A stretch of DNA of 64,000 bases from an uncultured bacterium. GTDB taxonomy: Bacteria; Methylomirabilota; Methylomirabilia; Methylomirabilales; 2-02-FULL-66-22. Position 1 is the first letter of the stretch, and each line of letters starts with the position of its first letter. The notes beneath the pieces were generated by a model. That model was given only the letters and a program-made list of their open reading frames with translations. It made no database searches and was not told where the DNA came from. Below are positions 54,845-63,302 of this stretch, piece after piece. The stretch spans positions 10,597 through 74,596 of the forward strand of contig CAZNWB010000004.1 of NCBI GenBank assembly GCA_964576535.1, read 5' to 3'. Position numbers and translations under genes: made by a program.

Positions 54845-54960
54845 AATCGGGTGATTGGGTGATTGGGCACGTGGGCGATTGGGTGATTGGGGGAACAGGC
54901 AACCTGGCAACCGGTAAGCCCAGTTGCCAAGTTGCCCAGTTACCGAACTGCCGAACTGCC
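54845..54960. repeat. Period-8 element filling the whole permease/SBP spacer (tandem GATTGGGx units plus GGCAA/TTGCC hairpin)
   Basis: AATCGGGT GATTGGGT GATTGGGC ACGTGGGC GATTGGGT GATTGGGG GAACAGGC AACCTGGC AACCGGTA AGCCCAGT TGCCAAGT TGCCCAGT TACCGAAC TGCCGAAC TGCC. Confidence 0.85.
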
Positions 54961-54963
54961 TCC

Positions 54964-56238
54964 CTAATCCTTGAGGATGCGATCCATCTTGGCGGCTGCA
55001 TCGTCCAGCAAGGGCTTCGGCTGTCCTTTGCCGAACAGGGCGCCTACGACCGCCTCGCCGAAGGCGGTGGCCAACTCGTTCGATTTCGGGTGGAAGTAGG
55101 TCGGCGGCACCGGTTGGGCGACCATATCCTTCGTGGACTGGTAGTCGGGCCGAGACTTCACGTAGGCGTTCTCGAGATTCGCCGTCCAGACCGGGAGGAT
55201 TCCCTGGACCTGATGATGCTCCAGGTCGTCCTTGGCATTGCTGATGAACTTGTCAAACTCCCACGCCATCTGCTTGTTCGGGCTGTTCTTGTAAACCAGG
55301 TCCGTCCAGGGGAACAGGGCCCCCGCGCCGGGGCAGGCCTTTTCACAGGGCAGAGCGTACACCTTGAAGTTCACATCAGGCGCGTTCTTCTTCACCCACC
55401 CGTAGAACCACGACTCGCGGAAGATCACGGCAGCGCGCTTTTGGCCAAAGGCATCTTCGGGATTTCCGAACGCCAGGCTGGCCACCTTGTCCTTCAGGAC
55501 CAGATCGCTAAAGAAGGTGAGAGCGGCCACCATCTGTGGGCTGTTGGCATAGCCGGTGGCCTTGTCCAAATCCGGGCTCAGCATCCGGGCGCCCCAGGCG
55601 TGGGCAAAGGGCAGGAACTTATCCGTGATCCCCACGGGATGCCCCTTGCTTCGAATGGCGAAGCCCACCTGTGTCGGCTCACCTCCCTTGGGGTCGGCAA
55701 TGGTCAATTTCTTCATGGCGGCCAGCCACTCGTCGAAGGTCTTGGGCGGCCGATCGGGGTTCAGGCCGGCCTTCTTGAACATATCCACGTTGATGTACAT
55801 CTGCTGGAAATTGCCATGCTCGATCGGCATACCGTAGCGGACACCCTTCCACATGCCGACAGGCAACATATACTTGGGCAGGTTCTCCTCCCACATCTTG
55901 GCCAGGTCGCCGGGCATCTTGTCGCAGAAATCGTACTGCCCGCACCAGTGGTGCGTCATCCCCATGAACATGTCAGGGGCGCCACTCTTCGCCATGAAGG
56001 CAGCGAGGTACTTGGCCTCGTACCCCTGGTAGGGGATGGTGACCACCTCGACCTCGTACCCGGTCTTCTTGGCGAACTCCTTCCCCTTGGTCTCGTACCA
56101 CTTGTTGAATTCGGGGTTTTGCTCCCAGTGGGTCCAGTACACCAGCTTCTTTTGCTGCGCCCATCCATCACCCGCCGCTACGCCGAGCGCCAGCACGGCG
56201 GCCAGGAAAAACGACATCACCAAGGTCGCCCTTCTCAT
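54964..56238 (-). CDS. ABC transporter extracellular sugar-binding protein
   Basis: Start at MRRATLVMSFFLAAVLALGVAAG (signal peptide). Family-1 SBP-like length and composition; adjacent to the permeases. Confidence 0.8.
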   Translation of the reverse strand: MRRATLVMSFFLAAVLALGVAAGDGWAQQKKLVYWTHWEQNPEFNKWYETKGKEFAKKTGYEVEVVTIPYQGYEAKYLAAFMAKSGAPDMFMGMTHHWCGQYDFCDKMPGDLAKMWEENLPKYMLPVGMWKGVRYGMPIEHGNFQQMYINVDMFKKAGLNPDRPPKTFDEWLAAMKKLTIADPKGGEPTQVGFAIRSKGHPVGITDKFLPFAHAWGARMLSPDLDKATGYANSPQMVAALTFFSDLVLKDKVASLAFGNPEDAFGQKRAAVIFRESWFYGWVKKNAPDVNFKVYALPCEKACPGAGALFPWTDLVYKNSPNKQMAWEFDKFISNAKDDLEHHQVQGILPVWTANLENAYVKSRPDYQSTKDMVAQPVPPTYFHPKSNELATAFGEAVVGALFGKGQPKPLLDDAAAKMDRILKD

Positions 56239-56476
56239 CGCAGCCCCCTTTCTCGGTGGGACGTGATCGTTGGCATAACAGGAGAAGATGCCATCCTTCC
56301 ACGACGGAGGATCGTTCCCGTTGAACCGCTGGATCATTGCACTTAAGGGACCCCTGTGTCAATCCGCATCGCGCGACATTCTGGGACCCGAGGATGCGCG
56401 CGCTCGGCGCGAAATCCGACCAGTGGCCCCCCCTCGGGTCAACCGGTGCGATGCAGTGGAGAGCGACGGGGAAGGC

Positions 56477-57790
56477 TTACAGGGCCTGGAGGGCGGGGTC
56501 GGCCCAGATCCCCGATCCGGGAGTGAAGGACTCGAGGGTGTGGCGGAGTGCCTGGAGGAACCGGCCGGCCACGGCCCCGTCCACGACGCGATGGTCGTAG
56601 GAAAGGCAAAGATACCCCATCCAGCGGATGGCAATGGTGTCCTCGCCGTCCCGGGTGACCACCACCGGTCGTTTCTGGATGATGCCCACCCCCAGGATTC
56701 CGACCTCGGGCTGATTCAGGATGGGTGTCCCGATGAGGTTCCCGTCGGCCCCGAAGTTGTTCACCGTGAAGGTGCTGCCGGTGAGCTCCTCGGGCAAGAG
56801 TCTCCCCTCCTGGGCGCGGCGGACCATCTCCCCGATAGCGACAGCGATATCCGTCAGGGAGCGGGAGCCGGGATTGCGTAGGACGGGGACGACCAACCCA
56901 TCCTCCAGGGCGATGGCTATCCCCAAGTGGATGGCCTTCCGGACCCTGATGCCCTCGTCGGTCCACCGAGCGTTCACAGTCGGAAGCTCGCGCAGGACAT
57001 GGGCGGTGGCCTTGACGATGAAAGGAAGGAAGGTGAGGCTGATCCCCTTCGCCTGGCGGAACGCGGCCTTCTTTTCCTCACGGAAGCGAGCGATGGCGGT
57101 AAAGTCGGCCTCGGCAATTGACGTGACATGGGGAGCGGTTTGCTTGCTGCGGACCATGTGTTCGGCGATGGTCCGCCGCATTTTCGTGAGGGGGATGAGT
57201 TCTTCGCCCTCGCCGATCCCGACAGGCTCGACGCGCCGCTCGGGTGCGGCTCTTCGAGGGGCTTCGGGCGCGACAGGTTTTGCCCCCCTGGCTTGGGCGA
57301 ACGCTTCGACATCCTGCCGGGTGATCCGTCCTCCTTCCCCGGTACCCGGCACCTCCTCCAGGTTGATCCCAAGCTCTTCCGCCAGCTTCCGCACGGCCGG
57401 AGAATAAAATCTTCCCTCTCGGGCACCCATTGCATTTCGCCCGAGCTGCGGGCGGCAATGGGTCCCGGCGCTTGGCGCTTGGCGCTCAGCGGGTGGCGGC
57501 GGAACAGTGATGGGGGCCTCCGCCCCGAGGTCAATTCCGGTGCCGGAGGCGAAGCCTTCGCTGATGATCGCCAGGGTCGCTCCGACGAGGGCGACCTCGC
57601 CCGCCTTCACCAGGATCTGGGACAGGACGCCGGCGGCGGGCGCAGGGATCTCGGCGTCCACCTTTTCGGTCGAGATGGCCAGGATGGCCTCGTCCTTCTG
57701 GACGCGGTCTCCCTCCTTCTTCAACCACTCGATCACAGTCCCCTCGGCGACGCTCTCGCCGAGCTGGGGCATGACAATGGGGATGCTCAT
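56477..57790 (-). CDS. 2-oxoacid dehydrogenase E2 (dihydrolipoamide acyltransferase)
   Basis: Lipoyl domain (MPQLGESVAEGTV...ISTEKVDAEIPAP), peripheral subunit-binding domain (SPAVRKLAEELGI) and catalytic LSYDHRVVDG. Confidence 0.9.
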   Translation of the reverse strand: MSIPIVMPQLGESVAEGTVIEWLKKEGDRVQKDEAILAISTEKVDAEIPAPAAGVLSQILVKAGEVALVGATLAIISEGFASGTGIDLGAEAPITVPPPPAERQAPSAGTHCRPQLGRNAMGAREGRFYSPAVRKLAEELGINLEEVPGTGEGGRITRQDVEAFAQARGAKPVAPEAPRRAAPERRVEPVGIGEGEELIPLTKMRRTIAEHMVRSKQTAPHVTSIAEADFTAIARFREEKKAAFRQAKGISLTFLPFIVKATAHVLRELPTVNARWTDEGIRVRKAIHLGIAIALEDGLVVPVLRNPGSRSLTDIAVAIGEMVRRAQEGRLLPEELTGSTFTVNNFGADGNLIGTPILNQPEVGILGVGIIQKRPVVVTRDGEDTIAIRWMGYLCLSYDHRVVDGAVAGRFLQALRHTLESFTPGSGIWADPALQAL

Positions 57791-57797
57791 GACTCAC

Positions 57798-57890
57798 AAC
57801 CGTTCGATTGTTTCCGCCTCTGGCGGATTCGGTCGTTCGGTGCTTCCCCGTGAACAACCGAACACTCGAACAACCGAACTCCCGAACGCC
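57798..57890. repeat. Period-8 hairpin element (core TTCGG / CCGAA) between E1-beta and E2
   Basis: ...GGATTCGG TCGTTCGG TGCTTCCC CGTGAACA ACCGAACA CTCGAACA ACCGAACT CCCGAACG. Confidence 0.8.
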
Positions 57891-57899
57891 CTTGCCTAA

Positions 57900-58874
57900 T
57901 CAGAATGCAGCCAGCCGTTCGATGGCCGAGGCAATCTTATCCGCGTTGGGAAGAAAGGCCTCTTCCAACGGAGCGGTGAAGGGCACCGGAGTGTCCCGCC
58001 CTGTCACCCGCAGGATCGGGCCATCCAGCCGGTCGAAGGCCGCCTCGGCGATGGTGGCCGCCACCTCGGCCCCGACCCCCCCGGTCCGGGTCGCCTCGTG
58101 GACAATCACGACCTTCCCCGTCTTCCGGGCGGTTGCCACGATCGCCTCCCGGTCCAGGGGGAGAAGGGTTCTCAGGTCCAGGATCTCCACCGAGATCCCT
58201 TTCGGGCTCAGCCGGTTCGCCGCCTCGAAGGCCTGGTGCAGCATGGCCCCGTAGGTGATGACGCTGACGTCGGTCCCTTCCCGTTTCACCTCGGCCTTGC
58301 CGATCGGAACGATGAAATCCTCGTCGGGAACCTTTCCCTTGATCCGGCGGTAGAGGTACTTGTGCTCGAGGTAAATGACCGGGTCCGGATCCCGGATAGC
58401 CGCTTTGAGCAACCCCTTGGCGTCATAGGGGGTGGCGGGGGCCAGCACCTTCAATCCCGGGACGTGGACAAACCAGGCCTCGGGGTTCTGGGAATGGAAC
58501 GGCCCGCCGTGAACGTTGCCCCCCGATGGCGCGCGGATCACGAGGGGAACGCTGGTTCCCGTTCGATAGTGGAACTTGGCCGCCATGTTCACGATCTGGT
58601 CGAAGGCACAGGCGATGAAATCGGAGAACTGCATCTCCACCACGGGCCGGAGTCCCATGAGCGCCGCGCCCACCGCCGAGCCGACGATGGCCGATTCGCA
58701 GATTGGGGTGTCGATCACCCGATCCGGGCCGAACTTGTCCAGAAAGCCCAGGGTGATCTTGAAGGCGCCCCCGTAGACACCGATGTCCTCGCCGATGAGA
58801 TACACCTGCTCGTCGCGCTCCATTTCCTCCCAGAGCGCCTGACGAATCGCCTCGATGTACGTTATTTCTGCCAT
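57900..58874 (-). CDS. 2-oxoacid dehydrogenase E1 component beta subunit
   Basis: MAEITYIEAIRQALWEEMERDE...VIDTPICE...; transketolase-like pyrimidine-binding and C-terminal domains. Confidence 0.9.
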   Translation of the reverse strand: MAEITYIEAIRQALWEEMERDEQVYLIGEDIGVYGGAFKITLGFLDKFGPDRVIDTPICESAIVGSAVGAALMGLRPVVEMQFSDFIACAFDQIVNMAAKFHYRTGTSVPLVIRAPSGGNVHGGPFHSQNPEAWFVHVPGLKVLAPATPYDAKGLLKAAIRDPDPVIYLEHKYLYRRIKGKVPDEDFIVPIGKAEVKREGTDVSVITYGAMLHQAFEAANRLSPKGISVEILDLRTLLPLDREAIVATARKTGKVVIVHEATRTGGVGAEVAATIAEAAFDRLDGPILRVTGRDTPVPFTAPLEEAFLPNADKIASAIERLAAF

Positions 58875-58879
58875 GAAAA

Positions 58880-58962
58880 CCGTTCGACCGTTCGGTGGTT
58901 CGGTCGTTCGGGCGTTCCGTTTTGAACCATCGAACACCCGAACGATCGAACTACCGAACGCC
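58880..58962. repeat. Period-8 hairpin element (core TTCGG / CCGAA) between E1-alpha and E1-beta
   Basis: CCGTTCGA CCGTTCGG TGGTTCGG TCGTTCGG GCGTTCCG TTTTGAAC CATCGAAC ACCCGAAC GATCGAAC TACCGAAC. Confidence 0.85.
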
Positions 58963-58963
58963 T

Positions 58964-60079
58964 CTAGGTTGAGTAGACCCCCTGCTCCACGTCTTTTCCC
59001 TCGGGGAAGGGGCTGGCCTCGGCCCAGGCCACGGCCGCCTCCAGCTCGCCGGCGATCCGCTTCGCGACCCGGGCGACTCCTGCCTCGTCCAGGGTCCCCT
59101 GCTCGCGCAGGCGGGTCTCAAACCGCTGGATCGGGTCCTTGCCGCGCCATTCTTCGAGCAACTCCCGGGGCACGTAAGAGGCGTCATCGTGCTCCGAGTG
59201 GCCGCGCATGCGCATGGTCTTGCATTCGATCAACGTTGGGCCCTCTCCCCGCCGGGCACGCGCCCCCGCCTCCCGGGCGGCCCGGTAGACGTCCAGCACG
59301 TCATTGCCGTCCACGATGACCCCCGGGATGCCATACCCTGCCGCACGGACAGCCACGTCCGGGACCCGTGCCTGCCGCGAGAGAGGCGTTGAGTAGGCGA
59401 ACTGATTGTTGTTGCACACGAACACCACAGGGACCTGGAGCACCGCGGCCAGGTTGATCCCCTCGTGGAAGTCGCCCCGGCTGGCGGCACCCTCGCCAAA
59501 CCAGGTCATGGCAATGCGCCCGGTGCCCCGGCGCTTCAAGGCCAGGGCAACTCCGGTCGCCACGGGGATGCCGTCAGCCATGGGGCTGATGAAGGCCACG
59601 TCGCCTCGCTGGACGTCCCCGAAGTGCACATTGCCTTCCCGGCCCCGCGAGGGGCCCCCGATCCGCCCGAGGTACTGGGCGAGAATCTCCCGGACCTGCA
59701 TACCGCGCAAGAGGTGCGCCCCCATGTCCCGGTGGGAGGGGACGATGACGTCGCCGGGCTCCAGGGCGTACGCGGCTCCCACGGACACAGCCTCTTGCCC
59801 GGTGGAAAGGTAGACCCCGCCAAAGATCTTTCCTTGCCGGTACAGGATGCCGATGCGTTCTTCCAGGGATCGGGTGAGGCGGAGGTGGTAGTAGATGTCG
59901 AGGAGTTGATCGCGGGTCAGACCCGAATCGTCCACGCGAATGGTCTCCCCTGTCTGCGGGATTGGGTGCGCCGTTTTCCCAACCGGTCCTTCGTTCCTCC
60001 CATCCGCGTCCAGCCGCGCGCCATCAGTCGGGGGAATCGCTTCGGGGCTCGGTGCGTGATTTCGTCTGAAATCACGCAC
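58964..60079 (-). CDS. 2-oxoacid dehydrogenase E1 component alpha subunit (TPP-dependent)
   Basis: TPP motif region GEGAASRGDFHEGINLAAV...VFVCNNNQFA. Confidence 0.9.
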   Translation of the reverse strand: MRDFRRNHAPSPEAIPPTDGARLDADGRNEGPVGKTAHPIPQTGETIRVDDSGLTRDQLLDIYYHLRLTRSLEERIGILYRQGKIFGGVYLSTGQEAVSVGAAYALEPGDVIVPSHRDMGAHLLRGMQVREILAQYLGRIGGPSRGREGNVHFGDVQRGDVAFISPMADGIPVATGVALALKRRGTGRIAMTWFGEGAASRGDFHEGINLAAVLQVPVVFVCNNNQFAYSTPLSRQARVPDVAVRAAGYGIPGVIVDGNDVLDVYRAAREAGARARRGEGPTLIECKTMRMRGHSEHDDASYVPRELLEEWRGKDPIQRFETRLREQGTLDEAGVARVAKRIAGELEAAVAWAEASPFPEGKDVEQGVYST

Positions 60080-61078
60080 TCAGCCCCCGATGGCGGACAT
60101 GGACCGAGCCGGCTTGACGAAATCCGGCTGGTTGATCTTGTGGCCGGCCTCCTTCTTCCAGACGGCGGCGAGGATGAAGTCGGCGATCTCCTCGTCGGTG
60201 GCCCCGGATCGCAGGAGCCCCTTGAGGTCGTGCTCCTGGATCGAGAACAGGCAGGTGCGGAGCTGGCCGTCGGCCGTGATGCGGATGCGGTTGCAACTGT
60301 CGCAGAAAGGTTCCGTGACCGAGGCGATGATCCCGATGGAACCCCGCCCGTCGGCGAATCGGTACACCGTGGCCGGCTCGGTCCCGTGACCGTTGGCGGG
60401 CGCCACGGGGAAGACCTCGTGGATACGAGCCAGGATCTCGGCCCCGGGGACCACCGTCTTCATGTTCCATTCGCCCTGGGCGTCCAGGGGCATGAACTCG
60501 ATGAAACGGACCTGGTAGTCCTGATCCCGCCCCAGGCGGGCGAAGTCCGCCACCTCATCCTCGTTGTAGCCCCGCATCACCACGCAGTTCAGCTTGATGG
60601 GGTGCAGCCCCGCCTCTCGGGCGACCCGCAGCCCCTCCAGGATCTTGGAGACCAGCTGGCCATCCCGCCGGGCCATGCGCTCGAACCGCTCGGGTTGCAG
60701 GGAGTCCAGGCTGACGTTGATGCGCTTGAGACCGGCGTCCGCCAGCCGTCGGGCCTTCTCGGTGAGGAAGAAGCCATTGGTGGTCATGGAAAGGTCGAGA
60801 TCCGGCTGCAGGCGCGTCAGGCCCTCGATCAGGACATCGATGTCCTGGCGCATCAGGGGCTCGCCCCCCGTCAGGCGGACCGTCCGGATCCCCAGGTGGA
60901 TGAAGACCCGCACGAGACACAGGATCTCCTCGTAGCTCAGGATCTCCCGCTTGGGAAGCCAGGTGAGCCCCTCGGCCGGCATGCAGTAGACGCACCGGAA
61001 GTTGCACCGGTCGGTGAGGGAGATCCGGAGATCGTCAACCACCCGGCCGAAACTGTCTTTCAAGCCCGACACAAGCAC
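60080..61078 (-). CDS. moaA: GTP 3',8-cyclase MoaA (radical SAM); start uncertain
   Basis: LRISLTDRCNFRCVYCMP...; C-terminal CDSCNRIRITADGQLRTCLF. The listed TTG start at 61102 lies inside the repeat at 61087-61166, so GTG 61078 is used. Confidence 0.85.
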   Translation of the reverse strand: MLVSGLKDSFGRVVDDLRISLTDRCNFRCVYCMPAEGLTWLPKREILSYEEILCLVRVFIHLGIRTVRLTGGEPLMRQDIDVLIEGLTRLQPDLDLSMTTNGFFLTEKARRLADAGLKRINVSLDSLQPERFERMARRDGQLVSKILEGLRVAREAGLHPIKLNCVVMRGYNEDEVADFARLGRDQDYQVRFIEFMPLDAQGEWNMKTVVPGAEILARIHEVFPVAPANGHGTEPATVYRFADGRGSIGIIASVTEPFCDSCNRIRITADGQLRTCLFSIQEHDLKGLLRSGATDEEIADFILAAVWKKEAGHKINQPDFVKPARSMSAIGG

Positions 61079-61086
61079 AAATCCCT

Positions 61087-61166
61087 CTTGGCAATCTGGC
61101 AATCAGGCAACTCGGCAATCTGGTGTTCCAAGTTGCCAGGTTGCCGAATTGCCCAGTTGCCTGCTC
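61087..61166. repeat. Period-8 hairpin element (core GGCAA / TTGCC) between nuoI and moaA
   Basis: CTTGGCAA TCTGGCAA TCAGGCAA CTCGGCAA TCTGGTGT TCCAAGTT GCCAGGTT GCCGAATT GCCCAGTT GCCTGCTC. Confidence 0.85.
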
Positions 61167-61655
61167 CTACTTCTTGGCAGGCGCCGCCTCGACCAATTCC
61201 GGGGTCATGGGCGTCGGATAGAACTTGTCCGCGTGCAGCGCGGTCTGATCATACACCAACCCCATGCGGTTGAAGGCGCCGATCTCGAAGTTCCCGGTCC
61301 ACATGGTGATGGCGTCGAAGGGGCACACCTCCACGCACAAATTGCAGTACATGCACAGGTTGTGATCAATGACAAACTCGACTGGGTGGCGCTCTTTCCC
61401 CTTCCCGGCGCCGACGATGGCAATGCAACGAGTCGGGCAGATCTTGGCGCAGGCGTCGCAGGCCGTGCACTTCAGCTTCCCCGTGGCCAGTTCGATGGTC
61501 AGGAGGTGGCGGTTCAGGGAGCGCAACGGCAGCCGCCGCTTCTCCTTCGGGTACTGCACGGTGATGGCCGGGGTGAACAGGTGACGCAACGTCACCCCCA
61601 TGGATACCAGGATGCTCAGGAGTCCCAGCCAGACGTCCCGCACATACGCGATCAT
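61167..61655 (-). CDS. nuoI: NADH:quinone oxidoreductase subunit I-like 2x[4Fe-4S] protein
   Basis: Start at MIAYVRDVW. CTACDACAKICP and CMYCNLCVEVCP clusters. Confidence 0.85.
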   Translation of the reverse strand: MIAYVRDVWLGLLSILVSMGVTLRHLFTPAITVQYPKEKRRLPLRSLNRHLLTIELATGKLKCTACDACAKICPTRCIAIVGAGKGKERHPVEFVIDHNLCMYCNLCVEVCPFDAITMWTGNFEIGAFNRMGLVYDQTALHADKFYPTPMTPELVEAAPAKK

Positions 61656-61670
61656 GCTTGCCTCATCCGA

Positions 61671-61762
61671 GGTTGGCAACCAGTCAATCCGGCGATTGGG
61701 CAATCGGGGCGAGGCGACCGCACTTCCGAATTGCCTGATTACCAAGTTGCCTGATTGCCAGC
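61671..61762. repeat. Period-8 hairpin element (GGCA / TTGC cores) between nuoB and nuoI
   Basis: GGTTGGCA ACCAGTCA ATCCGGCG ATTGGGCA ATCGGGGC GAGGCGAC CGCACTTC CGAATTGC CTGATTAC CAAGTTGC CTGATTGC. Confidence 0.8.
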
Positions 61763-61766
61763 TCTC

Positions 61767-62321
61767 TCAGCTCTTGGCGCCGGCCGGCAGCATCTCGGGA
61801 ACCGTGACCGCCGGCAGCTTCCTCTTGGCGATGGTCTCTTGGGAGATCTTCTCCTGCAGTTTCAGGACGCCGAACAGCAGGGCCTCGGGCCGCGGGGGGC
61901 ACCCCGGCACGTAGACGTCCACCGGCACGACCCGGTCCACCCCCTTCACGACGTGATAGGCATCCCAGTAGAACGGCCCGCCCGAGATGGCGCACGCGCC
62001 CATGGCGATGACCCATTTCGGATCGGACATCTGCTCGTACAGGGTCTTGATGCGAGGGGCCATCTTCTCCGTGACGGTTCCCGCCACGATCATGACATCG
62101 GACTGCCGCGGCGAGGGCCGGAAGACGCCCGCTCCGAACCGGTCCATGTCGAAGCGGGAAGCCCCGGTGGCCATCATCTCGATGGCGCAGCACGCCAAGC
62201 CAAAGGTCATGGGCCACGGCGAATTCTTCCGGGCCCAGTTGAATAGCCAGTCGAGCGAGGTGGTGACCACACCCGGCTCAAACTTTCCTTCCAGCAAGCT
62301 CATTTCCTGGCTCCTTTCCAT
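61767..62321 (-). CDS. nuoB: NADH:quinone oxidoreductase subunit B-like protein
   Basis: [18 protein letters not shown]...[10 protein letters not shown]...[11 protein letters not shown]. Confidence 0.9.
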   Translation of the reverse strand: MERSQEMSLLEGKFEPGVVTTSLDWLFNWARKNSPWPMTFGLACCAIEMMATGASRFDMDRFGAGVFRPSPRQSDVMIVAGTVTEKMAPRIKTLYEQMSDPKWVIAMGACAISGGPFYWDAYHVVKGVDRVVPVDVYVPGCPPRPEALLFGVLKLQEKISQETIAKRKLPAVTVPEMLPAGAKS

Positions 62322-62404
62322 CGGCCACAGAGCAAGTCAGACGCCGGTCAGCGTATCCCACTGACCCCGCCTCAGGGGCGGGTCAGCTTTTCCCGCTGAC
62401 CGGG

Positions 62405-62566
62405 CTAGGTCCCGGTCAGCTTATCAATGATCGCATCGGCCATTTCGCGGGTGGTCGCCGAACCCCCGAGATCCCGGGTGATTGGCCGGCTCTCTTTTAG
62501 CACGGCCCGGATGGCCTCGTCCAGGGCCAGGGCCGCCTTGTCCTCCCCCAGGTGCCGGAGCATCAT
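62405..62566 (-). pseudogene. Orphan C-terminal fragment of an isocitrate/isopropylmalate-dehydrogenase-family gene
   Basis: The minus strand reads MMLRHLGEDKAALALDEAIRAVLKESRPITRDLGGSATTREMADAIIDKLTGT*, the typical C-terminus of this family. Upstream sequence is unrelated. Confidence 0.6.
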
Positions 62567-62632
62567 CCCGCCTGATCCCGAAACTCCCCACCTGCTCCTC
62601 GATCCCTCTGCCTACCCCTCTTCCGGTCGCTG

Positions 62633-63127
62633 CTAGTTCACCAAGGCACGAATATACGCGGGAACCCGCTCGCGTCGGGTGAGGGTCTCGCAGGCGGAGC
62701 AGACCTCCCGGGACGGCTTGGCTGAACATCGCAGGCACGTTTGCAGGACGTCCAGCGCCTCTGTCATCTCGTACCGGAGGACGAGAAACTGCTGCATGCG
62801 CTTTTCGACCTCGGCAAGACCCAGGGTCAGGACAGCGGCGACGTCCCGCGTGCCCTCCGCACCAGTCTGCGCCGATGTTCGCTGGTCCAGGAGAACTCGG
62901 ATGCGGGCCAGCGGGATGTCCAGGCTACGCAGATCCCGGATGAACTGGATGCGGTCGCAGGCCTCCGCAGAGTACAGGTGCAGCCCTCCGCGCGTCCGGT
63001 GAGCCACTTGGATGAGGCCCAGGCTCTGATAGTACCGGATCGTCCGGAGGGTGACGCCCGTCCGACTGGCGATCTCACCAATCTTCAGAAGCCCTCTGGA
63101 TTGCTTTTCCCCGGCTGTGGCCAACAT
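62633..63127 (-). CDS. MerR-family transcriptional regulator with Cys-rich C-terminus
   Basis: LKIGEIASRTGVTLRTIRYYQSLGLI (MerR HTH). C-terminus CLRCS...x7...CSAC. Confidence 0.85.
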   Translation of the reverse strand: MLATAGEKQSRGLLKIGEIASRTGVTLRTIRYYQSLGLIQVAHRTRGGLHLYSAEACDRIQFIRDLRSLDIPLARIRVLLDQRTSAQTGAEGTRDVAAVLTLGLAEVEKRMQQFLVLRYEMTEALDVLQTCLRCSAKPSREVCSACETLTRRERVPAYIRALVN

Positions 63128-63130
63128 CGC

Positions 63131-63165
63131 GTCGAAATTAACAGAACGTGACGTGACTGTCAACG
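63131..63165 (-). promoter_or_regulatory. Candidate promoter of the MerR gene (near-leaderless)
   Basis: The minus strand reads TTGACA-17 nt (GTCACGTCACGTTCTGT)-TAATTT-7 nt-ATG. Confidence 0.4.
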
Positions 63166-63302
63166 CGAAAACTCCCCCAGAAATCCAATGAGTTACGCAT
63201 TCACGTGGGTGTTCAGCTCGGATAGGGCTTCTCGGGTTCCCCGGGGCCTCTCCGACCGGGGCCTGCCTGGCCGGTAGCCTGGGTGTGGTGCCCGGCGGCA
63301 GT

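Noticed and set aside
54845-54960. Considered whether the periodic repeat arrays are CRISPR arrays.
   Set aside because: Units are 7-9 nt with no unique spacers and total length is about 80-150 nt. No cas genes are present, and the arms are mutually complementary. This is incompatible with CRISPR architecture.
62336-62421. Considered adding the GTCAG/CTGAC hairpin cluster upstream of nuoB to the period-8 family.
   Set aside because: Spacing of the word is 11, 14, 21, 14 and 19 nt with no constant phase. It is three ordinary short hairpins that partly overlap the end of the dehydrogenase gene fragment.
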